Source: an uncultured Syntrophaceae bacterium
GTDB taxonomy: Bacteria; Desulfobacterota; Syntrophia; Syntrophales; PHBD01
Assembly (NCBI GenBank): GCA_964578535.1
Contig: CAZODI010000002.1
Location: forward strand, 12,177 to 76,176
Direction of reading: 5' to 3'
DNA: 64,000 bases
In this document: piece after piece, positions 7,733 to 17,500 of the stretch
Layout of the letters: each line of letters opens with the position of its first letter
Numbering within the stretch: position 1 is the first letter of the stretch
Notes under the pieces: generated by a model
Told to the model about the DNA's origin: nothing
The model's database searches: none
What the model saw: the letters and a program-made list of their open reading frames with translations, nothing else
Program-made: the position numbers and the translations under genes

Positions 7733-10700
7733 GGTTCGTACTCCCGGGGTTTCCGGGCGACGAACCACCAGACCTCGCGGTCCGGCGACATGGGTTCCGG
7801 AAGGCCGACTCGCAGACCCGCGTCTTCGATCGCCTGCCGGACCTCTTCGACGGTGCGGAACCGTGCCCGGCCGCCGTGCCATTTCAGCCGCTTCTCCTCG
7901 AACCGGCGCTCCGGCGAGGGGGCTGGAAAGGACGGGACGAGGGCCCGGAGGACGAGGACCCCTCCCGGCTCCATGATCGCAGAAATTCGGGAGAGGGTCA
8001 GGCGGAGCTCCCCATCGTCGAGTATGTGGATCACGTCGAGGAAGAGCACCGCGTCGACCGGATCGGGGATGAAAGGCAGGTCCGGTGCCTTTCCCACGGC
8101 CATTCTGCCCCGGTCGCCGACGGCCCGGGCGGCGACCCGGACCCGGTCGGGATCGGGATCGAGACCGAAGACCCGGGCGCCCGGGTTGATCTCCAGGAGC
8201 CAGGACGACGGGATTCCGTATCCGCAGCCGATGTCCAGGATCGTCCTGGGATGGGGGACGAAGGAAGCCAGGCGCGGGAACATGGGATCCAGGCGCAGCT
8301 TGAAGAATACGAAGGCCCGCACATATCCCTCGATCCGGCGGTAGCGGGCGAGTACACGCCGGGCGTGCTTCTCCGATCCGGCCTCGAAGGTCTCTTCGGG
8401 AAGGGCCGCCGGCCGGTAAAGCCGCCGGAGCAGCGGCGGCACGATGGCGATGGTCCCGAGGAAGGAATAGCCGATTCCCAGGGCGAGGGCGATCCCGGCG
8501 CTGCTCAGCATGGCATGGCTTGCCAGGGCCAGGACGCCGAATCCCAGAAACGTGGTGGCGAAGGAAAGCAGGACCGACAGGCGGACGAGCGCCATGGAGG
8601 GATGCTTTTCATCGAGATACCGCTGCTGGGAGCGGACGATGTACATGGCGTAATCGGTTCCCATCCCGATGATGACGGCGGACACCATGATCGTCGGAAT
8701 GCCCGGGGGCCTCCCGATCAGGTGGAGGGTCCCCAGGGTGCAGATGAGCGAGAAGGCCGTCGGGGCCAGCGCGATGAGGGTCAGCCGGAGGTCCAGGAGA
8801 TACAGCGCCGCCACCACGAGGGTCAGGAGGCCGACGATGAGCGCCACCCGGAGAAAGCCGTCGAGGATGACCCCGCCGAGGCGCTCCGTGAATACGCCCG
8901 GGTCGAACAGCCGGGCGAGGCCGGAAGTGTGGAGGCGTTCAAAGAAGTCTCCTCCCCGGTAGGCGGGACCGGGAAGTACCGTGACAAACTGGCGCCAGGG
9001 GCCCGCTCCCGTGGACGGCGCGATTCCCAGGAGACCGTAGAGGGTGGTCGGGATCTCCACGGCACTTCCCGCCGCCGTTTCCAGGCGTCGCAGGAACGGA
9101 TCGAAGGATTGGGGACGAAAGCCCTCCACTTCCGCCGCCTCTGCCAGCCTGCGCCGGCAGGACTCTGCTCGCTCCGTCGTCCAGAAGGCCCGCCAGGCCA
9201 GCCGGTTTGCCGCGGCTCGTTCCGGCCCGGGGAAGGCCGTGGAGGCCACGAAAGCCGCCGACAGGACTCCCTTTTCGAGGTCCTCGTCCAGCAGGGCCGT
9301 CAGGCGGTCTCCCTTCTCCCGCAACTCCCGGTAGGAATTCCCTTCCGACAGCAGGTAGACCCGGTTCAGGATGTCGCCCCAGGCCCGTTTCATCTCCTCT
9401 TCCGCGGCAAGGGTCTCGGGCCGGACGGTGTTGAGGGACTTCAAGTCCACACGGAAATCGGGCCGGGCAAAAGGGAGGAGGGCCAGGCAAAGGACCAGGG
9501 CCGCCCAGGGCTTCCAGGCGGGATCGGCGGAGGACAGCTTCTCGGAGAGGCGCCGGAGCCAGGGGGTTCCCTCCCGGGCGGACGCGGGCACGACGGGGAA
9601 GAGGAACGGATAGACCAGGTGGACGAAGGCGAAGGTGAAAATGACGCCTAGGGCGGCGAAGGCGCCGAGCTGGGCCAGGGCCGGGAATCCGCTCAGGAAC
9701 AGGAAGGAGAAGCTGACAGCCGTCGTCAGCATTGCAAGGAGTCCCAGGGACCAGACTTCTCGTGTCGTGTCGAGCCCCCGGGTCTCGCGGGTCCGGTCGA
9801 GGAACAGGAGATAGGTGATCCCGTAATCGACGGTAAAGGAGATGATGGCGCCGCCGAAGCCGATGGCGAGAACGGAGATCTCTGACCGGAAGAGGGACAG
9901 GACGAAATAGGCCAGGGCCGTTCCCATGACAGCGGGAAACAGGGCGAGCAGTCCCAGGAGAGGGCGCGGGAATCCGATCAGCAGGAGGATGGCTATCGCC
10001 ATGGTGGAAAAGACCATGGCCCGGCGGGTGTCCGTTTTGGCGGCGTTTTCATTGTCCAGGGCGGCCCGGTAGGCCCCGACAGGGGTCAGGACGAGCCGGG
10101 GCTTGCCGGTCCAGGTCCGGTTCAGCTCCGCCTGGATGTCCGCGAAGAGACGGTCCGCCTGCCTGGCGAAGTCTGTGGCGGTGGCCGATGTCTTTGGCTC
10201 CGCGACGATAAGACAGCGGGAGCTGTCGGCGGAGAGCAGGACGTCACCCGACGGCCGGGCGCCCTTCGCCGGCTCCAGGTGTGCCATCCGGCCGAGGATG
10301 AGGAAGCGCAGCCCCAGAGGATCCGAGGCCAGCCAGCGGGCCTGGCCGATGCCTTCCAGGCCTTGGATCATCAGGGCCTGCCTGTGGACCGCGTCACGGA
10401 CGGACGGCCCCTCCAGGAGCGGGGCCACGTTCCGTCGGAGATCCCGCTCCGAGAACAGAAAGGGCAGGTTTTCCACGATCCCGTCCACCAGTTCCGGGAA
10501 AGCCCCACTTCCGCGTCCAGCCCGACCCGGCGAAAGAGCCCGCTGTCCCTCATTTTTTTTACAACAAGAGCCCCCCCTTCCTGGAGCGCCCTGGGATCCA
10601 CCGGGTCGCACCGCAGATCCGCAACGATGCGGTCCTGCATGGGATGGCTCTTCAGGACGGCCCCGGCATCCGCCAGGACGGGGTCTCCGGCGGGGAGGGC

Positions 10701-10817
10701 GTTGAGGATGTCTGTGTCCACGCCCATGCGGGTCTTCCCGACCAGGAAAAGGGCCGCCACGACGATCACGACGGCCAGGGCAAGACTCCAGCGCAACATG
10801 GGAGGGGATTTTTTCAT
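7729..10817 (-). CDS. MMPL/RND-type exporter fused to a C-terminal class I SAM methyltransferase; reading frame broken by an apparent 1-nt indel at 10503-10506
   Basis: The N-terminus (TM helix plus periplasmic start, MKKSPPMLRWSLALAVVIVVAALFLVGK...) lies in ORF 10371..10817. The rest (two 6-TM bundles, then ...ILDIGCGYGIPSSWLL...VLFLDVIHIL... methyltransferase) lies in ORF 7729..11016. The frames meet at the minus-strand GTGGGGC. One extra G would give ...GLDAEVGAFPELVDGIVENLPF... uninterrupted. Confidence 0.7.
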
Positions 10818-11431
10818 GGGCGGACTGTGGGGCGGGTTTTTTTCGGCTCGATTTCCAGGAGGAACCGGTTCTCCTTACGGTACTGGATCGGCCGGACGAT
10901 GTAATCCCTGTCCGGCACCAGTTCAACGGCCGCCCGGATGGACCCGGAAGCCGGGTCACGGCTGATCCGGACCTGGCGGACCAGGGGACCCTTGCCGTCC
11001 TGCTGGGCCGGCACACCCGGGTCGATGGAGGCGTTGGGGACGTCGAAATAGATCCGGGGCTTCTCTCCCGGAATCGTCCTGAGGACGGGCCGGTGGGGAC
11101 GGCTGAACGTGAAGGAGACCCGTTCCCGCCCCTTCGGGTCCGCCTCGCATCCGACGCTCTTCAGGAGAAGGGGGGCGGCTTTTGGCCTGTCTCCCGGGGG
11201 ACTGCCCTTCCCCGCTTCGGATTTCTTCAATGCCTCTGTCTGTCCGTCGTTCCAGCCGGCCTGCGGCGCCGGTTTCGCATGTCCCGTTTTCACGGCCGGC
11301 GGACTGTCCGCGGCGGAGACAGGCGCACTGCCCGGCGGTTTTGCAGCATCCGGAACGGTTCGTCCGGATTCGCCGAAGGCCTGGACGGCCGCGAACAGAA
11401 AAAGGATCAGGAAAAGGCCGATGCGGTTCAT
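10814..11431 (-). CDS. secreted AMIN domain-containing protein
   Basis: Signal peptide MNRIGLFLILFLFAAVQAFG, then a Pro/Ala-rich linker. The C-terminal segment ERVSFTFSRPHRPVLRTIPGEKPRIYFDVPNASI...VRQVRIS...IRAAVELV fits the AMIN pattern. Its stop overlaps the exporter ATG. Confidence 0.6.
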   Translation of the reverse strand: MNRIGLFLILFLFAAVQAFGESGRTVPDAAKPPGSAPVSAADSPPAVKTGHAKPAPQAGWNDGQTEALKKSEAGKGSPPGDRPKAAPLLLKSVGCEADPKGRERVSFTFSRPHRPVLRTIPGEKPRIYFDVPNASIDPGVPAQQDGKGPLVRQVRISRDPASGSIRAAVELVPDRDYIVRPIQYRKENRFLLEIEPKKTRPTVRP

Positions 11432-11494
11432 GGACCGGAAACCCCTTCGGAATGCGGCGGGATCCCTCCCCGGAAGCTCGTTTTCACCAGCCGG

Positions 11495-12229
11495 TTACCG
11501 GGAAGCCGGGGAATCTTCCTCGATCGGGCTTACCGGTTCCGGGTCGTTCATCAGGGGCCCCCAGTTCCCCCGCAAGGTCTCGCGCTCCCGACTCTTCCGG
11601 AGAAGCTCCAGGAAGTGGCTGCGGGAAATAAAGCGGGCGCCGAGGCTTCCCAGGTGGGCCGTATGGACCTGGCAGTCCACAAGAAGAAAGCCGAGTTTCC
11701 GGAGGCGCCGGACCAGGGCGATGAGGGCGACCTTGGAGGTGTTGCTCATCGCCGAAAACATGGACTCCCCGAAGAAGCACCCGCCGAGGGATACGCCGTA
11801 GAGGCCCCCCGCCAGTGTGTCCCCATACCAGACCTCCACGGAGTGGGCAAGGCCGGATTGGTGCAGCTCCCGGTAGGCCTCCCGCATTTCCGGCGTGATC
11901 CAGGTTTCCGGACTGCCGGGACGAGGCTTCCGGCAGGAGTCGATGACGGAGGAGAATGCGGCGTCAAAGGTGACCCGGAAGAGATTCTTTTTGAGGAGCT
12001 GGCGCATGCTCCGCGACACCTTCAGCTCATCCGGGAAGAGAACGAACCGGGGATGCGGGGACCACCAGAGGATAGGCTCGCCGGGGCCGTACCAGGGAAA
12101 GATCCCGAGCCGGTAGGCCTCGACGAGGCGGGATGTCGAGAGGTCGCCGCCGACGGCCAGGAGACCCGATGGATCGGCCAGCCGGACCGGCGGAAAGACG
12201 GGCTCCCGGGGAAGCTGGAAGACCGGCAT
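11495..12229 (-). CDS. aat: leucyl/phenylalanyl-tRNA--protein transferase
   Basis: GIFPWY...[19 protein letters not shown] and GESMFS motifs are present. It lies immediately downstream of clpA. Confidence 0.9.
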   Translation of the reverse strand: MPVFQLPREPVFPPVRLADPSGLLAVGGDLSTSRLVEAYRLGIFPWYGPGEPILWWSPHPRFVLFPDELKVSRSMRQLLKKNLFRVTFDAAFSSVIDSCRKPRPGSPETWITPEMREAYRELHQSGLAHSVEVWYGDTLAGGLYGVSLGGCFFGESMFSAMSNTSKVALIALVRRLRKLGFLLVDCQVHTAHLGSLGARFISRSHFLELLRKSRERETLRGNWGPLMNDPEPVSPIEEDSPASR

Positions 12230-12232
12230 GGG

Positions 12233-14524
12233 TTATCCCGGGACCTCCTCCAGAACCCGGATCACCACATCGTCCCCTTCGAGGTCCGCCAGGGCCGAGC
12301 CGCCCTTCTGCAGGCGGCCGAACAGCACTTCGTCCACGAAGAAATGCTTGATCTTGTCCTGGACGAGCCGGCCGATCTCCCGGGCGCCGAACTCCGGGGA
12401 GTATCCGCGGCGGGCCAGCTCCTCATAGCAGCGCTCCGTCACCTCCAGGGAGACGCCCTTTTCTTTGAGCTGGTCGACAAATTCGCCCACGGTCTTTTTC
12501 ACGATCGATAGGACGACGTCCGGCGGAAGGCTCTCAAAGTGCACGACGGCGTCCAGGCGGTTCCGGAACTCGGGAGAGAACGCCTTCTCCACGGCGGCCG
12601 ACACGGCGTCCTTGTTGATGGACCGGCTCTCGAAGCCGATGACGGACCGCCCGATCTGGCGCGCCCCTGCGTTGGAGGTCATGATCAGGATCACGTTCCG
12701 GAAGTCCGCCTTCCGGCCGGCATTGTCCGTAAGCGTGGCGTAGTCCATGACCTGGAGAAGGGTGTTGAAGACGTCCGAGTGGGCCTTTTCGATTTCGTCC
12801 AGCAGAAGGACTGCGTGCGGTTCCTTGCGGACCGCCTCCGTCAGGAGACCTCCCTCCTCGTACCCCACGTAACCGGGGGGGGCGCCGATGAGGCGGGCCA
12901 CCGTGTGCTTCTCCTGGTACTCGCTCATGTCGTACCGGTGGAGCGGCACGCCGAGAATGGCCGCCAGTTGCCTGGCCAGCTCCGTTTTGCCCACCCCCGT
13001 GGGACCCACGAACAGGAAGGAGGCGACGGGCTTCTGGGGCTCCCGGAATCCCGCCCGGGCGCGCTTGATCGCCTCCGCGACGGCGGTGACAGCGCCGTCC
13101 TGGCCGAAGATCTGCTTTTTCAGGTCCGGAATCAGGGCGCGCAGCTTTTCCGCATCGGAGGAGGAGACGTTCTTCTCGGGAATCCGGGCCATCCGGGCCA
13201 CGATGCCCTCGACGGCCGGGCGGTCGATGGTGCAGGAGGCGTCTTCCTCGTCCCGGGTCATGGCCGCGCAGGCGCCCGCCTCGTCCAGGACGTCGATGGC
13301 CTTGTCCGGGAGGTGCCGGTCGTTGATGTAGCGAGCCGCCAGCTCGGATGCCGCCTGGAGGGCCTCTTCCGTGTAGGACACCTGGTGGTAGAGCTCGTAG
13401 CGCTCCCGGAGGCCCTTCAGGATCTCCAGGGTTTCCTGGCTTGTGGGCTCGGGGACGTCGATTTTCTGGAACCGGCGGGACAGCGCTCCGTCCTTCTCGA
13501 AGTGCTTCCGGTACTCGTCGTAGGTCGTGGAGCCGATGCAGCGAATCTTGCCCGACACCAGGGCCGGCTTGAGGATGTTGGAGGCGTCCATGGAGCCGCC
13601 GGAGACCGCGCCGGCGCCCACGATGGTGTGGATCTCGTCGATGAACAGGATGACCTTGTCCACCTTCTCCAGCTCGGCGATGATCTTTTTCATCCGTTCT
13701 TCGAAGTCTCCCCGGAAACGGGTTCCCGCCAGGATGGCGCCCATGTCGAGGGCGTAGATCTTCGATCCCTTGAGCCGCTTGGGAACCTTCCCTTCGACGA
13801 TGAGGCGTGCCAGCCCCTCGGTGATGGCCGTCTTGCCGACACCCGGATCGCCGACATGGACGGGATTGTTCTTGAAACGCCGGCAGAGAACCTGCATCGT
13901 CCGCGTGAGGATGTCCTCCCGGCCGATGAGGGGATCGATCTCCCCGGCTTTTGCCTTCGCGGTCAGGTCCGTCGTGAAGGCACTCAGGATCTTGGCTCCT
14001 CCCTCCGCTTCTTTCTCCTTTTCCTTTCCCGGAACGGCCTTCCGGATTTCCTGATCCCGGGTGCGCCGGCCCAGCGGCTCCTCCTGGCTGACCGTCGGGA
14101 TGACGCGGATGCCGTGGGAGATGTAATTCAGGAGGCTCAGGCGGGTGATTCCCTCGCGCTGCAGGAAGTAGGCGGCGAAGGACTCGGGCTCGCTGAGCAT
14201 GGAGACCAGGACGTCCCCCAGCTCGATCACGTCCTTCTGGGCGGAGAAGGTGTGCCGCACCGCCCGCTCCATGAGGCGGTGAAATCCCAGGGATTGGAGG
14301 GGATCGGATTCCGTCACCACGGGGTTTGTGTCCCGGAGATGCTTTTCCAGGGCGCCCTTGAGGCGCTCGACGTTGCCGCCGCTCTGCTCGATGATGTCCC
14401 GGCCCTCCTCGAAGAAGAGGCAGGCATACAGGACATGCTCGGGGGTGAGGAACTCGTGCCCCCGGGTCTTCGCTTCCGTATAGGCCGCCACGATGATGGC
14501 GTTCAGGTCTTCACTGATCTGCAT
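12233..14524 (-). CDS. clpA: ATP-dependent Clp protease ATP-binding subunit ClpA
   Basis: 763 aa with two AAA+ modules (GDPGVGKT and GPTGVGKTE Walker A motifs) and a Clp N-domain. Partners clpS and aat flank it. Confidence 0.95.
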   Translation of the reverse strand: MQISEDLNAIIVAAYTEAKTRGHEFLTPEHVLYACLFFEEGRDIIEQSGGNVERLKGALEKHLRDTNPVVTESDPLQSLGFHRLMERAVRHTFSAQKDVIELGDVLVSMLSEPESFAAYFLQREGITRLSLLNYISHGIRVIPTVSQEEPLGRRTRDQEIRKAVPGKEKEKEAEGGAKILSAFTTDLTAKAKAGEIDPLIGREDILTRTMQVLCRRFKNNPVHVGDPGVGKTAITEGLARLIVEGKVPKRLKGSKIYALDMGAILAGTRFRGDFEERMKKIIAELEKVDKVILFIDEIHTIVGAGAVSGGSMDASNILKPALVSGKIRCIGSTTYDEYRKHFEKDGALSRRFQKIDVPEPTSQETLEILKGLRERYELYHQVSYTEEALQAASELAARYINDRHLPDKAIDVLDEAGACAAMTRDEEDASCTIDRPAVEGIVARMARIPEKNVSSSDAEKLRALIPDLKKQIFGQDGAVTAVAEAIKRARAGFREPQKPVASFLFVGPTGVGKTELARQLAAILGVPLHRYDMSEYQEKHTVARLIGAPPGYVGYEEGGLLTEAVRKEPHAVLLLDEIEKAHSDVFNTLLQVMDYATLTDNAGRKADFRNVILIMTSNAGARQIGRSVIGFESRSINKDAVSAAVEKAFSPEFRNRLDAVVHFESLPPDVVLSIVKKTVGEFVDQLKEKGVSLEVTERCYEELARRGYSPEFGAREIGRLVQDKIKHFFVDEVLFGRLQKGGSALADLEGDDVVIRVLEEVPG

Positions 14525-14556
14525 AAAACCGTCCTTCCGCCGGGGGATCGCCCCGG

Positions 14557-14880
14557 TCAGGCCTCCTCCATGCTGCAGCGGAGGGGAAACTCCCTGTCCT
14601 TGGCCATGGAATGAACGAGGGATACCTTGGAGGAGGCGATGTCATAGGTATACACCCCGCAGATGCCCTTCCCCTTGCGATGGACATCCAGCATGATCCG
14701 CGTCGCTTCTGCCGCGGGCTTGTGAAAAACGGAGATCAGGACCTCCACGACAAAGTCCATGGTGGTGTAGTGGTCGTTATGGAGGATCACCCGGTACATT
14801 CGAGGCTCCCGGAGGTCCACCTCCTCTTCCACGTCGATGTCTTCCCCGGGCCGGGGCCGTTCAACCGGATCATTCGTCAT
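14557..14880 (-). CDS. clpS: ATP-dependent Clp protease adaptor ClpS
   Basis: PRMYRVILHNDHYTTMDFVVEVL..VFHK....A..IML.VH..G is the ClpS core. The start is taken at MTNDP (14880), downstream of the predicted promoter. Confidence 0.9.
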   Translation of the reverse strand: MTNDPVERPRPGEDIDVEEEVDLREPRMYRVILHNDHYTTMDFVVEVLISVFHKPAAEATRIMLDVHRKGKGICGVYTYDIASSKVSLVHSMAKDREFPLRCSMEEA

Positions 14881-14942
14881 GGGTGTCAGGCCGTTTCCTT
14901 CTTCCTGTCGTTTACCGTCGCGATGGGATCGCATCCGGGGTG

Positions 14943-14972
14943 ATAATATAAACAACCGGGTGGGAAATTCAA
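14943..14972 (-). promoter_or_regulatory. candidate sigma70 promoter for clpS-clpA-aat (TTGAAT-N16-TATATT)
   Basis: In an otherwise GC-rich region the minus strand reads cTTGAATttcccacccggttgttTATATTatc. This lies between the GT2 stop (15000) and the clpS start. Confidence 0.4.
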
Positions 14973-14999
14973 GCTCTCCCGGTGGAGGAATCCGCTGGC

Positions 15000-15740
15000 T
15001 CAGATGGATCGTCGTGACCGGAGGGAGCGGGGCATCAGGAACCGCTGAATGATGAGGGAAGAGAATGTCCCGGAATTCCTCATGAAATCTACAAACGGCC
15101 GGTAGTGGGAGATTCGCTGGTTTCCCGGCGGATAGGTCACCCGGACGGGAACTTCCAGGACCGGGATGCCCCGCCACTGTGCCCGCACCAGGACCTCCAC
15201 CTCGAACTGAAAACGCCGGGCCCGCACGCCCAGGGACAGGGTTTCCGGCAGGGGGTAGACCCGGAAGCCGCTCTGGGTGTCCGCTACGGGAGGGCCCCCG
15301 GAGGCCCGGACCCAGAAGTTCGAGAATGTCCGGCCGAAACGGCTTGTCCAGGGAACTTCCCGGGCGTCCATGTCCTGGCGGTTTCCCACGACGATGGATC
15401 GCTTTTCCGCGGAGACAGCCGCCAGAAGGAGGGGGATGTCCGCCGGATCGTGCTGGCCGTCGGCGTCGATCGTGACCGCCCGGTCGGAGAAGCGGACGGC
15501 CTCCGCCAGCCCGGTGAGGATGGCGGCTCCCTTGCCCCGGTTTGCCTCATGGTGGAGGACGGTGATGCCCGCAACGGAAGACAGGACCTTCCGGGTGTCG
15601 TCGGTGGAGCCGTCGTTGACGACGATCACCGGGTATCCCTGTTCCAGAACCCGCCGGACGACCGAAGCGACGGTCGAGGCGTGGTTGTAAACGGGAATGA
15701 CCACGGCGATGCGGTTTATTCCGGGTGTCGGGGCAGGCAT
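15000..15740 (-). CDS. family 2 glycosyltransferase
   Basis: The N-terminal IAVVIPVYNHASTV......VVNDGSTDDT and DADGQHD motifs are typical of GT-A/GT2 enzymes. It is equivalent to the APE-cluster glycosyl/acyltransferase position. Confidence 0.8.
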   Translation of the reverse strand: MPAPTPGINRIAVVIPVYNHASTVASVVRRVLEQGYPVIVVNDGSTDDTRKVLSSVAGITVLHHEANRGKGAAILTGLAEAVRFSDRAVTIDADGQHDPADIPLLLAAVSAEKRSIVVGNRQDMDAREVPWTSRFGRTFSNFWVRASGGPPVADTQSGFRVYPLPETLSLGVRARRFQFEVEVLVRAQWRGIPVLEVPVRVTYPPGNQRISHYRPFVDFMRNSGTFSSLIIQRFLMPRSLRSRRSI

Positions 15741-15761
15741 GAAGGCCTCCCTTGCGGCTCT

Positions 15762-17492
15762 TTACCGCTCGTCGTGGCCGGCTGCCTCCCTGCGGAGGAA
15801 GGCCACGGCCCACGTCTCCGGCCCCATGTGGGCGGCGGAGGTCCGTGACAGGGGCTCGAGCATGATCTCCACGGCGGGAAAACGCGAGTGGATCAGGGGC
15901 AGAATCTCCGCCTCCAGCCAGGGGCGGTTGTCAGAGTGCTCCAGGAGCACCCTGCCGGCTCCCGATGGAGCGAGCCCGGACTCCAGCTTTTCCAGGATGT
16001 AGCGGACCTGGTCCTTCCGGTTCCGGACGACGCCGACCTTTTTTGCCCCGTCGGGCAGCGGACTGATGACGGGCTTCATGTTCAGCATATCCCCGAAAAA
16101 GGCGCTTCCTTTTGACAGCCGCCCCCCTGCGGCGAGCCACTTCAGGCGGTCCAGGAAGATGTACTCTTCCGTCCGGGATGCGGCGTCCCGGGCAAAGGCC
16201 ACCACGGCCTCCGGGTCGGCCGCCTGGGAGGCGAACCGGGCCGTCTCAACGGCCATCAGGCCCAGCCGTCCCGAAGCGGCGCCGGTGTCGATCACGGTGA
16301 GGCGGTCGTCCGGGTCGTTGTTACGCTTCCAGTCCAGGGCCGTTTCATAATTGCCGGTGAAGACGGATCCGACGCAGAGATAGAGCACCCTTCCGAATCG
16401 GCTGACGACGCTCTCGTAGCTCTGCTGCCGCTCGAGAACGGACGCCTGGGAGGTGGAGACCTTTTCGCCCCGCCGCATGGCTTCGAACAGCTCATCCGGC
16501 GAAATCAGGGTTTCCGGAAGGCAGCGCTCTCCCACGGTGAGGTAGCTGTCCAGGAGCGTGATGCCCAGTTTCCGGGCGCCCTCCCGGGTCAGCGAGCCTG
16601 CGGCGTCGGTCATGATGTGAATCGGCGTGTCCGCCGCGGCCGCTCCGAAGTCGATCGTCTGCCGGGTCAGGTCGTCAACGGACCACCGGACGACCGGGGC
16701 GATGCTCTCGATGTCCCTCCGCAGCGAGACGGCGTCGTCGGTGTGCAGGTGAACCTTCAGGTAGTCCCGCTCGCGGATCATGACCACGCTCCGGCCGGCC
16801 GAGGCCAGCCGGTTGTAGGTCTCCTCCGGGTCGTCCGTTCCCTGGAGAACCAGATCCACGCACCATCCCCCTTCGTCGGGTCCAGACCCGGTCCGGCGGA
16901 CCCGGAGCCGCTCCCCGAAGGCCTCGGTGACCGGCCGGACGCCGGAGATGGAGTTTCCCAGTGCCGGGAAAAAACCTTCGAAAAACAGGTACATGCCGAG
17001 TGCGCCCGCATCGACCACACCGGCTTCCCGGAGCTTCGGCTGCTGCTCCACGGTGTTCCGGACCACGTCCTGAAGCCGGTCCATCAGCCGGCGGCACCAC
17101 CCCGGATCGGTCTCCCCGGAGGCGGTCCGCAGGCCCTCCTCCAGGGCCTCGAAAAAGGTCAGCATGGTTCCGGGTTTTGGCTCCCGTACGGCGCCCCGGG
17201 CCTGGTCGGCTCCCCGGGCGACCGCCGCGGCCAGCGACGGCATGTCCTCCGCGGGCAAAAGGCGGCTGAAAAAACGGGCGGCGATGTTGCCCGAGTTGCC
17301 TCGGGCGGAGAGGAGAAGGTCGCGGTTGAGGGCATCCCGCTCGCGCTCCGGGAAGCGCAGCGGCGCCAGGCTGAGGACGAGATTCCGTCCTGTGTCTCCG
17401 TCCGCCACGGGGAAGACGTTGATGTCGTCCAGGAGGTCGGACCAGGCGGTCACCCGTTCCACGCCGGCGGCAAGGGCCTTGTTCAAATCCAT
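15762..17492 (-). CDS. Dak2 (FakA-like) domain fused to a DegV (FakB-like fatty-acid-binding) domain
   Basis: The N-terminal INVFPVADGDTGRNL matches the Dak2/FakA signature. The C-terminal half carries DegV hallmarks: IMTDAAGSL, STSQASV, SVFTGNYETA, IDTGAASGRLG, LAAGGRLSK and LNMKPVIS. Confidence 0.75.
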   Translation of the reverse strand: MDLNKALAAGVERVTAWSDLLDDINVFPVADGDTGRNLVLSLAPLRFPERERDALNRDLLLSARGNSGNIAARFFSRLLPAEDMPSLAAAVARGADQARGAVREPKPGTMLTFFEALEEGLRTASGETDPGWCRRLMDRLQDVVRNTVEQQPKLREAGVVDAGALGMYLFFEGFFPALGNSISGVRPVTEAFGERLRVRRTGSGPDEGGWCVDLVLQGTDDPEETYNRLASAGRSVVMIRERDYLKVHLHTDDAVSLRRDIESIAPVVRWSVDDLTRQTIDFGAAAADTPIHIMTDAAGSLTREGARKLGITLLDSYLTVGERCLPETLISPDELFEAMRRGEKVSTSQASVLERQQSYESVVSRFGRVLYLCVGSVFTGNYETALDWKRNNDPDDRLTVIDTGAASGRLGLMAVETARFASQAADPEAVVAFARDAASRTEEYIFLDRLKWLAAGGRLSKGSAFFGDMLNMKPVISPLPDGAKKVGVVRNRKDQVRYILEKLESGLAPSGAGRVLLEHSDNRPWLEAEILPLIHSRFPAVEIMLEPLSRTSAAHMGPETWAVAFLRREAAGHDER

Positions 17493-17500
17493 GATGCTCC

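Noticed and set aside
7702-9651. 649-aa ORF on the plus strand
   Set aside because: It is antisense to the MMPL exporter and has no domain.
10818-11016. Upstream extension of the long exporter ORF (7729..11016)
   Set aside because: It overlaps the AMIN gene and lacks a membrane anchor. The real N-terminus is in the other frame (10371..10817), which implies a frameshift instead.
12539-14614. 691-aa ORF on the plus strand
   Set aside because: It is antisense to the unmistakable clpA gene. The translation is Arg/Gly/Pro/Asp-rich and low in complexity with no motif, which is typical of a shadow ORF in GC-rich DNA.
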